A stretch of DNA of 64,000 bases from Octopus vulgaris (GCA_951406725.2 OX597817.1:49786001-49850000), one strand, 5' to 3'; positions 12,270-27,142 are shown, numbered from the stretch's first letter. Program-made: numbers and translations. Notes: generated from the sequence alone by a model not told the origin.

Positions 12270-13666
12270 TAGTTGCATTCAAAAGTATCCGATCTTTGGG
12301 CATAAAATGCCAATTTTGTACATTTTACAAATTTGATTGAATCACCTTCAAAATGCGCCCCTCAGGAGTTCATACGCTTCTTCCCGTGGTTCTGCCACCG
12401 CTGGAATATCTCTGCAATGCTATGGAGCTCCTACCGTTGCTTTTCTCAAAATTTCCTCTCGCGACTCAAATCACTTCCCTTTCAGCATAGTTTTCAGTTA
12501 GGGGAAGAGCCAGAAGTCACATGGTGCCAAGTCGGGAGAGTAAGGAGACTGTCGAACAAGTGGTGTGTTGTTCTTTGACCAGGAAGGATTGGATTACAAG
12601 GTCCGTTCAAAAACTATCCGACTTTATTTGGATCAAACAGAAGGTAAACTTATAACAAAAGTAGGAAGGATTTCCGTGGAGAAAAAAAAAGCGCACAATA
12701 TGTGTGGAAAATACTAATGTATGTATGTATGTATGGATGTATGTATGTATGGATGTATGTATGTATAGTTACATGCCGGTGACACGTAAAAGGCACCCAC
12801 TACACACTTGGAGTGGTTGGCGTTAGGAAGGGGATCGAGCCGTAGAACTCATGCCAGATCTTTTTTACAGACACTCACCTTCATGCACAATTCCTCTATT
12901 AAAATCGAATGCACCGATACTGAGTTTATTCCCACTTCACGAGTAATTTCCTGGATTGTTACACGACGGTCTACTGTAACTATTCGCAAAATCTTCTCAA
13001 CCGGTTCCTCGTTCCGGCTTGTGGGTGGCCTGCCTGAATGTGCCTCGCTCTCCACTGAGGTGCGGCCGTGTTTGAAGTTGTTGTACCACTCACTGATCTG
13101 CGTTTTGCCAATGACATCTTGGGCAAAAGGCCTGCTGCATCTTCTGGATGGATACTTGAGTATCACCAAGAATCAGCAAAGCCAGAGATGCCTTCAGAAA
13201 GATGGAAAAACGCTCGTGGTCTCAACATGGCATCCGTACTGATAGTAAAGTAAAGATTTATATCGCATGCGTGTTATCCTCCCTGGTTGTACGTTTGTGA
13301 CACGTGGGCAACCTCCGAAAGCATTTGAAACAGTAGGAGCGCTTCTTCTACACGCTCTTGGCCAGTGCCCGAGCATTGCCAACTTGTGGGTTTATGTCTA
13401 TCGGCCGAGACCAACGTGAACATCACCCCGCCGCCTTCCTTTGGCCGGGATGGGCAGGCAGTGCTTCTTAGCGAAAGAGGTTGTGTGGTAGACCAGACTG
13501 AAAGAGCTGAGGAAGGACACTTTCCTCTTTGGCCAAGCCCTCATCAACATTTTCACTTGAAAAGGAAAGAGTGGGTAGAGAGGGAAGTGCTTGTTAAAAG
13601 GTGGTTGAGTGTAACTCGAATAGCCCGAGTGAACGGGTCTACTCTAATCATGCACCTGTTGATCGA

Positions 13667-13701
<35 letters not shown>

Positions 13702-14155
13702 AACACAATATGTCTCCTCTATGGAAGGCGGCGAGCTGGCAGACATGTTAGCACGCCGGGCTTAGCGGTATCTCCTCTGTCTTTACATTCTGAGTTCAAA
13801 CTCCGCCGAGGTCGACTTTGCCTTTTATCCTTTCGGAGTCGATAAATTAAATACCAGTTGCGTACTGGGTCAGTCTAATCGACTGCCCCTCCCTCCCCAA
13901 AATTTCAGGCCTTCTGCCTAGAGTAGAAAAGAATATCTCTCCTCTATGCGTTCGGGTGAAAACAAAAATTCCACGAGCGCACACTACATGGCTGTGCCCT
14001 TGGCGTGACGGCCGAGAACTGACGCAACCTACAGGCGCAAAAAGTTTCACGCATGAGCAGGACGGGTGGTGCCACATCCCACCCAAAGGATTTTGCTCAC
14101 GCGGCATTAGTTTTTGCAGGAAAAATAAAGTTGGATATCTTTTGAACGTACCTCG
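12270..14155 (-). mobile_element. Fragmented mariner element(s) with nested insertions
   Basis: TIR-like ends at ~12272 (GCATTCAAAAGTATCCGATCTTT), ~12598 and ~14128-14155 (AAAGTTGGATATCTTTTGAACGTACCTCG-TA). Minus-strand transposase pieces include a YSPDLAPCDFWLF-like segment at ~12500-12550 and EWYNNFKHGRTSV...SGRPPTS in ORF 12849-13169. Confidence 0.7.
13165..13360 (+). mobile_element. Degenerate RTE-like LINE fragment
   Basis: Conceptual translation RISKARDAFRKMEK..WSQHGIRTDSKVKIY.ACVL resembles the RTE RT C-terminal region. Frameshifted. Confidence 0.45.
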
Positions 14156-14366
14156 TATAAATGTATATATCTTTTATATTTTACTTTGTTTCAGTCATTA
14201 GACTGCGGCCATACTGGGGCAATGCTTTGAAGAATCTTTAGTTTTAAGCCAGGTACTTATTCTCTAGATCTCTTTTGCCGAACCGCTAGGTTACGGGGAC
14301 GTAAACACACCAACACCTCCACCTCAAGTGATGATTGGGGAAAACACAGACACTCAAACAGACACT

Positions 14367-14407
<41 letters not shown>

Positions 14408-14679
14408 CAGACGTCTTTCAGTTCCCATCTACTAAATCAATTTACAAGACTTTGGTCAGTCCGAGGCGATAGTAAAAGTCACTTTACCCACGGTGCCATG
14501 CAGTGGGACTGAACCCGGAGTCTTGTAGTTGGGCTGCAAGCTTCTTACCAGGCGGCCATGCCTGCGCCTATGTATTGATATACATATGCATGCGATTGTG
14601 TGTATGTGTGTGTGTGTATTTATATATATGAATGTATATATGGATGTGCGAATGTTTGTATGTGTACCTGTCTGACTGA

Positions 14680-14742
<63 letters not shown>

Positions 14743-14743
14743 C

Positions 14744-14810
<67 letters not shown>

Positions 14811-14862
14811 GCTAGCTAGCTAGCTAGCTAGCTAGCTAGCTATCCGTCTCTCGCTCTCTATC

Positions 14863-14986
<124 letters not shown>

Positions 14987-15148
14987 TGCATACTCAGTTA
15001 CACAAACTGATGATAGACGGAAAGGTATGATCAGAGGATAATTGACACAAATCTAACAGGTTTGTATGAAGATATGTTTCAAGCAATTCACTCAGAACAT
15101 AGGATATTATTATCATTATTATCATTATTATTATCATTATCATCATCA

Positions 15149-15195
<47 letters not shown>

Positions 15196-15864
15196 GATGG
15201 TATACAGGATTAGCTTATACTCGAAAGTCCACTTGACTGCCTTACGTTCATGCTTGGCGAGAAGAGGCGGAGAAACATGGCCGTCTTTCTTCTGAAACCA
15301 CCTTCTTGCATTGTTTAGTTTAGCTAGCATGACAGCGATGCATATAAAACTAACCAAGTGAATAATTGCAGGACAGAGTCTCTAATGCTAGACTTTTCTT
15401 GAACAATTGTAAACGTTCTGACCCAAGGAAGTGCGTCAAAGTTTGATACTTTTGTATAACGTTCAAGGATGAATACCCTCATCAAAAGAACTGTCCGTTG
15501 GAAACCCAGGGGTGACTGGTATATGGTGCCCAACGGTGGTGCGGTCTGGTAAAAGTGATACAGAATGTATCATTACAGGAGGCTGCCCTGATAATTGGTT
15601 GAAGCTAATAGAACGTGCTAACAGGTTCATTTAGTTCGACAGCTATAATGTAGATGCATGTGTATTATAGGTATTTTGTATGTACACATATGCTCACTCG
15701 TGTGTGTGTGTATGTTATATGTATGTGTACGTACGTACATATATATTTATATATATACATGTATATATGTGTGTATATATGTATGTATGGATGCATGCAT
15801 ACATATACATATACCTACCTTTATACATACATAAATATATATAATATAAGTATATATATATATG

Positions 15865-15898
<34 letters not shown>

Positions 15899-15986
15899 TA
15901 TATACCTTTATATATATACAAACACACACACACACACATATATACTTCCATATATATATGTATGATATATACATATATATAAAATT

Positions 15987-16034
<48 letters not shown>

Positions 16035-16123
16035 ATATATATATAATGTATGTGTGTATATATATGTAATGTATGAGTGTATATACATATATATGTAATG
16101 TATATACATATATATATGAAATG

Positions 16124-16171
<48 letters not shown>

Positions 16172-16237
16172 TATAACATATGTGTATACATATATAATAT
16201 ATATACATATATATATATAAAATGTATGTGTATAAAA

Positions 16238-16272
<35 letters not shown>

Positions 16273-16293
16273 ATACATATATAATATATATAC

Positions 16294-16335
<42 letters not shown>

Positions 16336-16469
16336 CTACATATGTCAATAAAATAGGTTCATAAGGCCGTTTTCCCGGATTATGTGGCATATACACACAC
16401 ACACACACACATTTTTAAGAGTATGAATACACAAAATATGTTGAAATGTATTGAAATAAAGTCAAACTA

Positions 16470-17151
16470 CGATGCTAACTCAAAAATTATCCGCACTCTC
16501 GCCATAACATCTTTATTATAGTCATACTACCTTCTGCGCATGCGTGCTCATACTTGGTGCTATTGTGGTCATGTGATCGAAGTTTGAGCCTGATCGCGCC
16601 ATTTTTATTTTATTTATATATTTTTTTTTTTTTGTCTGGTTTTACAGTGTAAGCATGGCCGCTCCTTTAGCAATGTGCACCAAAGATCAGTGGTCCGATT
16701 TCTCTGGTCGGAAGGTGTGTCGGGTGCTGGAATTCATCGGAGGCTTTTAGCACAATACAGGGACAGTGCACTACCGCGTAGCAGTGTGTATGAGTGGATC
16801 GAGAAGTTTAAAAGTGGCCGGACAAGCGTGATGCACGTAGAGAATGTAGGACGCCCGTCAATCTTCACCAGTGACGCGAAGATTCAGCAAGCTCGAGTGA
16901 TGGTAATGGTGAACCGGTTTCCCCATAACCATCTCTCGGATCGCTGCTCTTTGCTCTTGTTTGGTGCACATTGCTAGTGTAGCGGCCATGCTTACATAGT
17001 AAAGCCAGAAAGAAAAATGGCGTGATGAAGCTCAAACTTCGATCACGTGACCACAATAGTACCAACTATAAGCACGCATGCGCAGAAGGCAATGCGACGG
17101 TAACAAAGATATGTTATGGTGAAAGTGCGAATAATTTTTGACTCCCCCTCG
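16470..17151. mobile_element. Fold-back non-autonomous mariner derivative (two 5' ends)
   Basis: ~200-bp inverted arms (16470-16684 and ~16960-17151) that include the TIR, 5' UTR and transposase start (ATGGCCGCT). A transposase N-terminal remnant (ORF 16675-16977) lies between them. Flanked by TA. Confidence 0.8.
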
Positions 17152-18258
17152 TAATAATCGGGAGATTTCAAAGAAGTACTTTATATGAATCTGTTTTGTT
17201 TGTTCCTTCTCGATCCACGCCTGGCTCATAAGGGCCTGTTTCCCGGTTTCCTTGGCGTATAGGTTCCCCACCTGGACGGGACGACGGTCCGTCGCAGGTG
17301 CGCTGCAAGATGCAGGAGGAAAGAGTGAGAGAAAGTTGTGGCGAAAGGATCAGCAGAAGTTTGCCATTACCTTCTGCCAGAGCCGCGTTGAGCTTACGTG
17401 TTTCGCTCATAAACACACACATCGCCCGGTCTGAGAGTCGAACCCGCGATAGCTCGACCGCGAGTCCGCTACTTAGGGCGATCGGGGTTTTTGTTGGAGT
17501 TTCACGAACAGCTCTTGGAAGTCTCCCTCTTTTGGGGATTTATTTGTTATAATTGTTATTATTTCTTTTTTACACGATTCAGTCCCTCTCAATATTGTAT
17601 GGTCCTGTACCGTCCTCAGTCTTTTATATAACCCGCCCAATTGTTAATAAAGAAAGGATTATTATTATTGTTGTTGTTGTTGTTGTTTGCTGTTATTATT
17701 TTTGCTCACTCATACTTGAAATGCATATATACAGATTACACTTTTGTACCGAGTGCAACATATTTGTTGATACCGTTATCAGAACTTACATACGCGCACA
17801 CATAGAGACACACACACACACTCACACAAACACACACACACACATACACACACACACAAACACAAACACACACACAGATATACGTACACAAACACACACT
17901 CAGTCAGACATGTTGTATTGTGAGAACTTCGTTTTTGAAGAATATGAATAAATGAAGACACCTTGTAATGTGAATACAATACATACATGCATACATACAT
18001 ACATGCATACATACATACATACATACATACATACATACATACATACATACATACATGCATACAAACATTCATACATACATACATACATACATACATACAA
18101 GTTTCGGCTCTTATTGCTAATCTCAGTCCACTCCCACCGTTGTGTGATCCCGCAAGGTTCTCTGTGGTGTGAAGAAGGGTCTAACATAATATAAAGCACA
18201 CACCAACAAATGAAGAAAAGTAGAGGGGCATGAACTTGGTATTCCTTCATTTCATCTA

Positions 18259-18816
18259 TCGGGTTATCCGGAAAGTTCGTGCCGATTTTTAAAGGAAAGA
18301 AAAAGGTCAATAAATACTTGCCATTACATTTTTCATCAACCAAATATGAACCATTTTGTTGTGTAATGCGTCTCCATATTTCCTTTAACTTGAAAATACC
18401 CCCTTCCCAGAACTGAGGTGGTTTCATGACAAAGAATTCCTCAAAGTATCTTTTTACGGCATCCAAAGAATTGAAATTTTTACCATTAAGACTATTCTGC
18501 AGAGACCTGAATAAGTGGAAATCCGAAGAAGCAATATCTGGTGAATATGGAGGGTGAGGTAACACATCCCAGCCGAGTTGCAGCAATTTTCGTCTGGTTC
18601 CCAAAGCATCAAATGCCGAAAATGAACTTTCCATTTTACAGGGTTACAGAATTAATACAGGTTATAGGAACATAAATCTTCTTCCACAAAAAGATAGCTT
18701 AAACTGTATTCTAAATGGAGGTGTAGTCAAATCCTATTTTATGGACTCAACCATGTTCTAAAATAAGTCGAAACGTAAGCTACTATAAATCGGCATGAAC
18801 TTTCTGGACAATCCAA
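18259..18816 (-). mobile_element. Internally deleted mariner (558 bp)
   Basis: TIRs TCGGGTTATCCGGAAAGTTCGTGCCGATTT / AAATCGGCATGAACTTTCTGGACAATCCAA, TA-flanked. Encodes the C-terminus HPPYSPDIASSDFHLFRSL...NGSY. Confidence 0.88.
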
Positions 18817-18825
18817 TATTACATA

Positions 18826-19311
18826 CTATAAATCCTCGAGTATAGTCCACCCTTGAGTATAATACGCAGGGGATTTTTAGGGGGCTGTACCTCTGAAAAA
18901 CCCAAACCTTGTGTATAATACGCACCCCTTCTCTAACTTGAGTCAAGGAGGTCTATATAACGTCCTTGGTTTGTAAAACTGTATACGGTAACGTCCTTTA
19001 TTATTATTGTATATATAATGTAGTGCAAACGTGTACCTTGTTTGTGCATTTTGTTTGCAGAAAATAAAGAAATAACAGTAATAATAGAAATAACGTTTAA
19101 TAAATGTTGCTTACTGCAAGTTATGGATGATTCTTTTATGACTTCATTGCTTTCAGGTTTAGCTTAAGATATTTTCGCGCCCGACATCACAAAATGCGCC
19201 TGAATAAACATTGCCGGACAGCAAATAGAGACTCGGACATTGCTCATTTTTAACTAGGGATTTTAACCTTTAAATTTTGGGGGGAAATGCGGATTAAACT
19301 CGGATTTACGG
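18826..19311. mobile_element. Tc2/pogo-type MITE. Second copy at ~30660-31168, inserted into a SINE A
   Basis: Termini resembling TA-CCGTAAATCCTCGAGTATA and ...TATACTCGAGGATTTACGG-TA. The two copies share internal sequence. Confidence 0.7.
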
Positions 19312-20039
19312 TATGTTTCAGCGTTCAACGATATATAATGCCATGCGATAAATGTAATCCGTAGATGCACTTCATAAGTGCAGCGTTCACAATCAAGACG
19401 AGACACTTCACTAGTCACACAGGAAACACTACACTTATGAGGTGCATTGATGGATTGCTTTTATAGTGTGACATCATTCACAGCCCAACACTGAAACATA
19501 TGTAACAGTTGTAATACAGGAATTCCAAGTTCAAGCCCATGTTTTTTTTCTCTCGTTATATGTGTGAGAGAAGGTTAGCACGCCGGGTGAAATGCTTAGC
19601 AGTATTTCGTCTGCCTTTACGTTCTGAGTTTAAAATTCCGCCGAGGTCGACTTTGCCTTTTATCCTTTCGGGGTCGATAAATTAAGTAGCAGTTGCGTAC
19701 TGGGGTCGATCTAATCGACTGGCTACCTCCCCACAAAATTTCGGGCCTTGTGCCTTGAGTAGAAAAGATTATATGTGTGAAGGAAACAGAGAGAGAGGTA
19801 GATAGGTAGAGAGTGTGTGTGTGTGTGTGTTAGATATTTGCGTGTGTTAGATATAGCCCCCACCCCGCCCAGATCATCACAGACCTCTTCCATGTTTAAC
19901 AGTTGGAAGAAGGCAGTATGGATCAAATGCCTCTTTTGGCTGTCTCCACACGTATACTCGGCTGGTGGTCGGAAATGAGGAACCAATTCTGTAGGTTTTT
20001 ACTCCACTCTAAATGCTTTGCAACGTTTGTTTTTGAAAT

Positions 20040-20590
20040 TTAGTGGTTTTCTGATTGCAGCCCTCCCGTGAAATCCGGCTTTGTGTAGCTCATGGCGATT
20101 TGTTTTTGTGGAAACTGGCTTCTCGAGGTGGTCATTAAGATCTGCAGTAATTTTGGGAGCTGTAATTTTGTGATCCTTTCTAACAATTCACGTAAGCGTC
20201 CGACGGTCCCTATCTGAAAGTTTTGGTTTTCTTCCGAAGTTTTGTTTCGACTAGGTTTTTTTCCCTCTTTTTCAAAGGCTATCATTACTTTCGAGGCAGT
20301 ACTTTTTGTTACGCCAAACATTTCGGCTGTTTTCGTTACGCTAGCGCCTGCCATACGAGCACCGACAATTTGACCTCTTTGAAAGTCCGATAGATCTGTC
20401 ATTTTAATGAATTTTAATTACTTTTTTTCTCATGATATCTGAAAAGAAACAGCAATTTTAGCAAAGCATATTAAGTAACACTAATAATAAATCAAAAAAC
20501 AAAAATAAACAAGCTTTTGACGGTTTTATAAATATTTCAAAATTATGATGCCATGGTGCTAGGTGTTTCCATTATTTTGTCCAACATCTG
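20040..20590 (-). mobile_element. Tc1-like element, 5' part
   Basis: ORF 20040-20402 MTDLSDFQRGQIVGARMAGASVTKTAEMFGV is a Tc1 paired-like HTH. TIR CAGATGTTGGACAAAATAATGGAAACACC at 20590. Confidence 0.82.
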
Positions 20591-20993
20591 GATGTACGTA
20601 TGTATGTATGTATGTATGTATGTATGTATGTATGTATGTATGTATGTATGTATGTATGTATGTATGTATGTGTGTGTATGTGTGTGTGTGTGTGTGTGTT
20701 TAAAGCATAACATAACAATCATATTTGTGATAGTTGAAATTAATTATTCATTATCAAACAGAAATAGGCACTTAAAGTAGACTTGAAAGCTTTTAGAATT
20801 GTCCCGTACGAAGTTCAAAGGACAAATTTACGGACATTTTCGATAACCGCTGTCACATATCCGGGAAGAAATTCCATCGTAAATTACCGAGTGTTTATTT
20901 TTAAATATACACTTTTCTGCTTTGACAGTTAAATATTGCTTGTTTGTTTGTTTGTTTGTTTGTTTATTTCTTTCTTACTTTCTTTATTCCTTC

Positions 20994-21039
<46 letters not shown>

Positions 21040-21385
21040 CTCTTTCTCCGAATGTGCACTATGTATGTATGTATGTATGTATGTATGTATGTATGTATGT
21101 ATGTATGTATGTATGTATGTATGTATTTATGTATGTATGTATGTCATTATTCAGTTTATTTCAAGAGTTCTTGCGAACAGAGAAAGAACCGGTTTCTAAC
21201 CTCGATCGAAGGCTCCTTTATTGGAACTTCAACGTCAAGAGGGTATTTTCAGATTTTAATATGCTAGACCACTGGTTTTAAATTGATGTTAATCAGATTA
21301 ATATTCAATTTTTCACCCTTATTATTTTAAATTTAAATTTATATATGTATATATATATATACATATACATATGCATGTATGCATG

Positions 21386-21431
<46 letters not shown>

Positions 21432-21463
21432 CATACATACATATATATATATATGTATATATG

Positions 21464-21494
<31 letters not shown>

Positions 21495-22227
21495 GTATGT
21501 GTTTCTTTATTACCCACAAGGGGCTAAACATAGAGGGGACAAACAAGGACAGATGAACGGATTAAGACGATTACATCGACCCCAGTGCTTAACTGGTACT
21601 TATATATATATATATATAGTCTTTGTCTAACTACCTGTAGTTTTCTTAGCATCTTCTCTTAGTCTTTGGTTTGAGTACAGACAGAAATATTAAATTAACA
21701 CGCCTTTACATGCCCCCCACCACCATCACATAATATTAGAGGGATGGGCAGAAAGTAACAGTGAAAAAAAAAGAAACAAAACTGAATATATTATAGTTCA
21801 GTCAATTTATAACGCAAACTTGTACAGTATAAAACGTAGCGTCTTATCATCCTTTGTTACTCGGCTGACCTTATTTCCCAGGAAAGTTAGATTTAATTGT
21901 TTCAAGTTTGTTGATTGGTGGGCAAATCCATCGGGTCGAGTAAAGACTAAGTCCTCGGGTCCCAATATTGAGTGAGCCCTAGTTACGGTTTATTCGGTCA
22001 ACGAAGGGGTCATTAAATATAATTACAGACAATCTCAAAATAATAATAATAATGATGATGATAATACTACTACTACTAATAATGAAATGTTGATCGGTGC
22101 AGGTTTTTTGTCGATGTCATTAGTTGGATGACGGAAAATATTTTAAAAAACCGCAAACCGCCCTAGAAAGCAGAACCCGCCATAAATACACAAAACAATG
22201 GCGCTACAACTACTACTGCTGCTGATA

Positions 22228-22265
<38 letters not shown>

Positions 22266-23757
22266 GACGACGATAGTGGTAGCGGTGGTACTGATGATAT
22301 AGTTATGAAGGGCATGGTGATATAATAACATAGTAGACGACTCAATTATGGCCTTCCCCACCCAAGACTTAGAGTACCATTATGTTTACAAGCGCTTTTT
22401 ATTTTTTAGTGTCCTCCTCCTCCTCCTCATCCGCCTCCTTTTTTGACGTAGGAAACTTTCTTCACATGCAATAAATTCCTTGATTATGTTTCGCTTTATA
22501 GTTACACCAACATATTTGCCTCTACACAAACATTTCAAAACCTGAAAATCGAGAGAGAAGGGGTCAGTCAATTAAATGAACCCCAGTACTTGACTAGTGC
22601 TCAATAACGTAGTTAGAGGTGGGAGACGAAGGAGGGCGGTGTGTCCCAGGTGACGCATTTATAGAAGTATTACTTTTGGGCCAGCTATATAAAATTGTAT
22701 AGGTTTAGGGACACGGTGAACGGTGAGGAGGGCGGACTCAAGGGTTACCTCGGTTGGCAGACACTTTAGCTTCAACGCTGTTGTATGTTTCTTCATTTTA
22801 TCGACTTCGGTGGGACAAACGAAAAGTTGACCTTGTCAGGATTTGAACTCATAATAACGTAAGAGCCAGAACAAATACCACAAGGCATTTTCTCGAGGCT
22901 CTACTGATTCTATCAATTTAAAACCACCCGCCTTGTAATTTCTGATTTAAGCATGAAGCAAGCAATTTGATGGAAAGATCGGTCCATTAAACCGACTGCA
23001 GTATTTAACTCGTAGTTTGTTTTATCGATCCAAGAAGACAGCAATCCGACTGAGTCAACCCCAGTTCATGACTGGTGTTTTATCAAGACAGGAAGTATTT
23101 AAATTCTATTATATAAAAATAGTTAACACGAGTGTCTAACTAGAAACAATGAAGTTCCAAAAGCGGTACAACATCGATTTTCCGGAGCCTTTAGTTTCAA
23201 AGCCATCCATCATTTTTCGATATTTGCTCAGGTCGTTTCGAGCAACCCTCCAAGCAGTGTATCGATCGCAGAACTGATTTTGAAGTTTGGTACGTATTCT
23301 ATCGAATTCTTTTGCCAAATCGGTAATTGCGGCGCGTAAACAAACCAACACAGTATGACTTGAACCCGAAATCACGTAGGCGCAAACCGAGCTTCTTCAC
23401 GACTCGGCCACTCGAAACGTATTCAGAAATAAATAAATAACAAAACCCAATCAATCCAGACATGGTGACTGATTTGGAGCAGCGAGGGTGCTTCGTTAAT
23501 GAGGTCACGGACGGTGACGTAAGGACACTAACAGCGTAACTGATTGATTGATTGATTGATTAAACGATTAATCAAGCAATTGATAATTTATTGATTAATT
23601 AGTTAACTAGTTGACTCATAGTAATAAACAAGTGTAAGAGAACCACTGTGTTTTTATAGACAAGGCACCGCACCCAAGACACAACATCTGTTGCGACACA
23701 CGGTTTCACACCTGTATTTATGTATGTATGTATGTAGTGCATATGTGCGTGTGTAGG

Positions 23758-23816
<59 letters not shown>

Positions 23817-24036
23817 GGGTAAATGAACTCAGGAAAGTCAATGACCCTCCGGTTATAAAGGCATGACTGAGTGAGCGCTGCAAGCTTGCTTCTCATCCCC
23901 ATGGTTCTGAGTTCAGCCCTATTGCGTGACACCGCAGATAAATGTCTTCTAGAAACTGCAGTGGCTAAAACTCTAAGCTGTTCCAAAAGCTTTTTCGAGG
24001 AAAAAGTTGAAAGGAGGAAATATGTACTTATATATA

Positions 24037-24059
24037 TCTATATATAAAGCTGAAGTTGT

Positions 24060-24095
<36 letters not shown>

Positions 24096-24325
24096 CAGGT
24101 TTGGTAGCCTTCAACTAACACTATCTCCTCCGAGACCCTGCGGCGCAAGTTGACCAAAATTGAGAGTATGATAGAAGAAGGCTTGTTCTTCATTCTGTAG
24201 AAGAAAAAATTCAAATCGGACCATGTTAAGACCAAAAATTATTTACATCGAAACGGTGTTTTTTTCTATGAAAATCCCTATTTTTTACGATTTTTTGACT
24301 GCTGTGTCGCCATTTTTCGGTGTAC
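24037..24325 (+). mobile_element. Helitron-like 5' fragment
   Basis: A|TCTATATATAAAGCTGAAGTTGTC start followed by (TG)n, like the 42925 Helitron. Interrupted by SINE B; no 3' end found. Confidence 0.45.
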
Positions 24326-25502
24326 TTGTTTGTTCCTTCTGTGTTTAACCCCTTGTGGGTAGTAAAGAAATAGGTATTTCGTCTGCTGCTATGTTCTGAG
24401 TTCAAATTCCGCCGAGCTCGACTTTGCCTTTCATCCTTTCGGGGTCGATTAAACAAGTACCAGTTACGCAATGGGGTCGATGTAATCGACTTAATCCCTT
24501 TGTCTGTCCTTGTTTGTCCCCTCTATGTTTAATCCCTTGTGGGCAATAAATAAATAAGAACCATTAGCCAGTCTAGCAAAATGTCGAGGAGAATTTTGCC
24601 CGTTTTTTTACATTCTGAGCTCAAATCCCACTGAGATCAACTTTAACTGTCATCATTTCGAGAGTCAATAAAAAAAGTACCATACAAAGTACTCAACATC
24701 GTCACCAGTCCTTAACCATTACTGTCTCAAGTTCTAGGATTCTTAGGTCTGGTTACCCGGTTTCCATGGCGTACAAGCGACCCGAGATCCGAACATTCCC
24801 CCACTGAACAGGACGCTTGTCTGTTGCAGGGTTACACATTTGCGGCCGAGTGGATGGGAGTAATGTGAAGTGAAATATTTTGCTCAAGAACACAACGCAC
24901 AGCCCGGTCCGAGAATCGAAACTACGACCTTAAGGTTGGTGGCTGTGTGCCAAAATTTTGAAATGATTTTAAGCTTATTTAACTTTGCAGTAACAGACGC
25001 ATATGCTTAGTTTTTTCTTTTTAAGTCCAAAAAAATTCGCTTAATACCTCCAAGCTGGATATCTTTCCTTTTGACAAAATAGCTTGATATCAACTAGTCA
25101 AAATACTGTACGAGGGGCAAAACCTTTTGATCGTACATTTCGAAGGCCATTTCTTTGCTTGTTTAACCTTGCAGTGACACACGCATATGCGTTTGAAAAT
25201 CAAAAGCTGGTATATCTCATCCTGGACACAAGCATTAGGTCCTTGAATTACTGGTGGGACCTTTGTGCAGCTACAATATTTGAAGTAAGATTTTCTTAGA
25301 AATTATTAATTATGCATAAAATTCGCTTGAAACCTTCCAGCCGGATATCTTTCCTTTTGCTTGACATCAACCAATCAAAACAATGTACGAGAAGCAAAAC
25401 TTGTTAATCCCACTTTTCAAAGGCCGTTTCTCTGCTAGTATCGTTAGACAACTGATCCTGTTGCACTGTTTTCTTGTGGTTATTTTGATATTATCATTAT
25501 TG

Positions 25503-25962
25503 AGTGAAAGAGCAGTGCATGCAATCAAATTGACACTAGGGTAAAATATACGAAGCCCAGTATACCCATCATGACTACCCGTCTGATAAGGGTACACCAG
25601 GCACGTGCATCACAGCCATATTTGCGCGACATGGTGATCGCATATCAAGATAAACAGCACATGACCTTGCAGGTGGGGCCCAGTTAGAATTTCCTTCAGG
25701 TCGAGTAGCCCATCCCGCTCAAAAGGTCCCTGAATAAGAGTTGTTTAAGGATGTTGAACGAAACACCCATGTTTCCAGAGGTGAATTATCGAAACTCCAA
25801 AGAACCCCTCTCAACACATGGCTATGATGCTCCCCCACTATTTCTGCTTGTGATCAGAAATGTACAAATCGTCAGCCACTAAGGGACATACTCAACTGGT
25901 TATGATCAAACAACTGACAAGCAAATCTGTGGTATTGAGCAGAATATTTGCTATAGCCCATA
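25503..25962 (-). mobile_element. Repeat family D: probable 3' end of a (TAA)n-associated non-LTR element. Copies at 37457-38030 and 55250-55790; fragments at 30020-30115 and 56385-56525
   Basis: Copies share a fixed left boundary (GTGAGAGAGCAGTGCATG) next to TTA/TTG repeats, and have variable right boundaries, consistent with 5' truncation on the minus strand. Confidence 0.6.
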
Positions 25963-26878
25963 TTGTTGTTGTTGTTGTTAAGGCGGCGAGATGGGCGAAA
26001 TGCTTAGCGGTATTTCGTTTGTCATCACGTTCTGAGTTCAAATTCCACCGAGGTCGACTTTGCTTTTCATCCTTTCGGGGTCGATAAATTAAGTACCTGT
26101 TGCGTACTGGGGTCCATCTAATCGACTGCCCGCCCCCCTTCCCCTCAACAAAAATATGTGCCTAGTGTAGGGAAGATTATTCTCTTTCAAAAGCGGCGAG
26201 CTGGCAGAATCGTGAGCCGGAATGCTTAGCGGTATTTCGCCCGCCGCTACGTTCTGAGTTCAAATTCCGCCGAGGTCGACTTTGCATTTCATCCTTTCGG
26301 GGGTGGGGTCGATAAATTAAGTACCTGTTGCATACTGGGGTCCATCTAATCGACTGGCTCCCTCCCCCACCAAAAATTCAGGACTTGTGCCCATAATAGA
26401 AAGGATTATATTACTATTTCTATTGCTGTTGTCTATTTTTTTCTTTATAACGTGCCAAACTTCCAAAATACGCACCACCTGGGTGTCGATATAGATTTGG
26501 CTAATTATAATATTATATATTATTTATATTTTTTTCCTGTAAATCTTCGCCCCAACCCAACTTGTTTCTTTTTCTTGTTCAAACCTCTCCTTGCTCTTTT
26601 CCTCTTGCCGACGCCACTTTTCATTAACGCGACTTAACTATATTTCTTTCACATTTTAATATTATTGTTATTGTTGTTGTTGCTGTTATTGTTTGTCTTT
26701 ACATTTTACTTTCTTTCTTTTCTATATTTTCACCCTTAAGTAATTGTTCTCTATTTTAGTTGGGGCTTTGTTTCTGGCTCCTTTCAACCCTCCTTCCAAT
26801 TTGAAAGCAATGAAGTAGGAACCGTAGTAGTGGTGGTGGTGTTAGACATGGTGATGATGATGGCGGCGGCGGCGGTGA

Positions 26879-26932
<54 letters not shown>

Positions 26933-27142
26933 CAGGAGCAGCACCAGCAGCAGCAGCAGTAGTAGTGGTAGTAGTAGTAGTAGTAGTAGGAGGAGGAGGA
27001 GGAGGAGAAGAAGAAGAAGAAGAAACAGAACGATAGGAAGGAAGACAACAATATATATGATAGATAGATAGATAGATAGATCGATAGATAGATAGATAGA
27101 TAAGCAATTTAGACTTGCTATAAGTTGTGTCATCTTCGGCTT

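Noticed and set aside
15196-15330. Tc1 transposase fragment (PLLAKHERKAVKW) on the minus strand
   Set aside because: Too short and degenerate, with no TIR found; not supportable without a database search.
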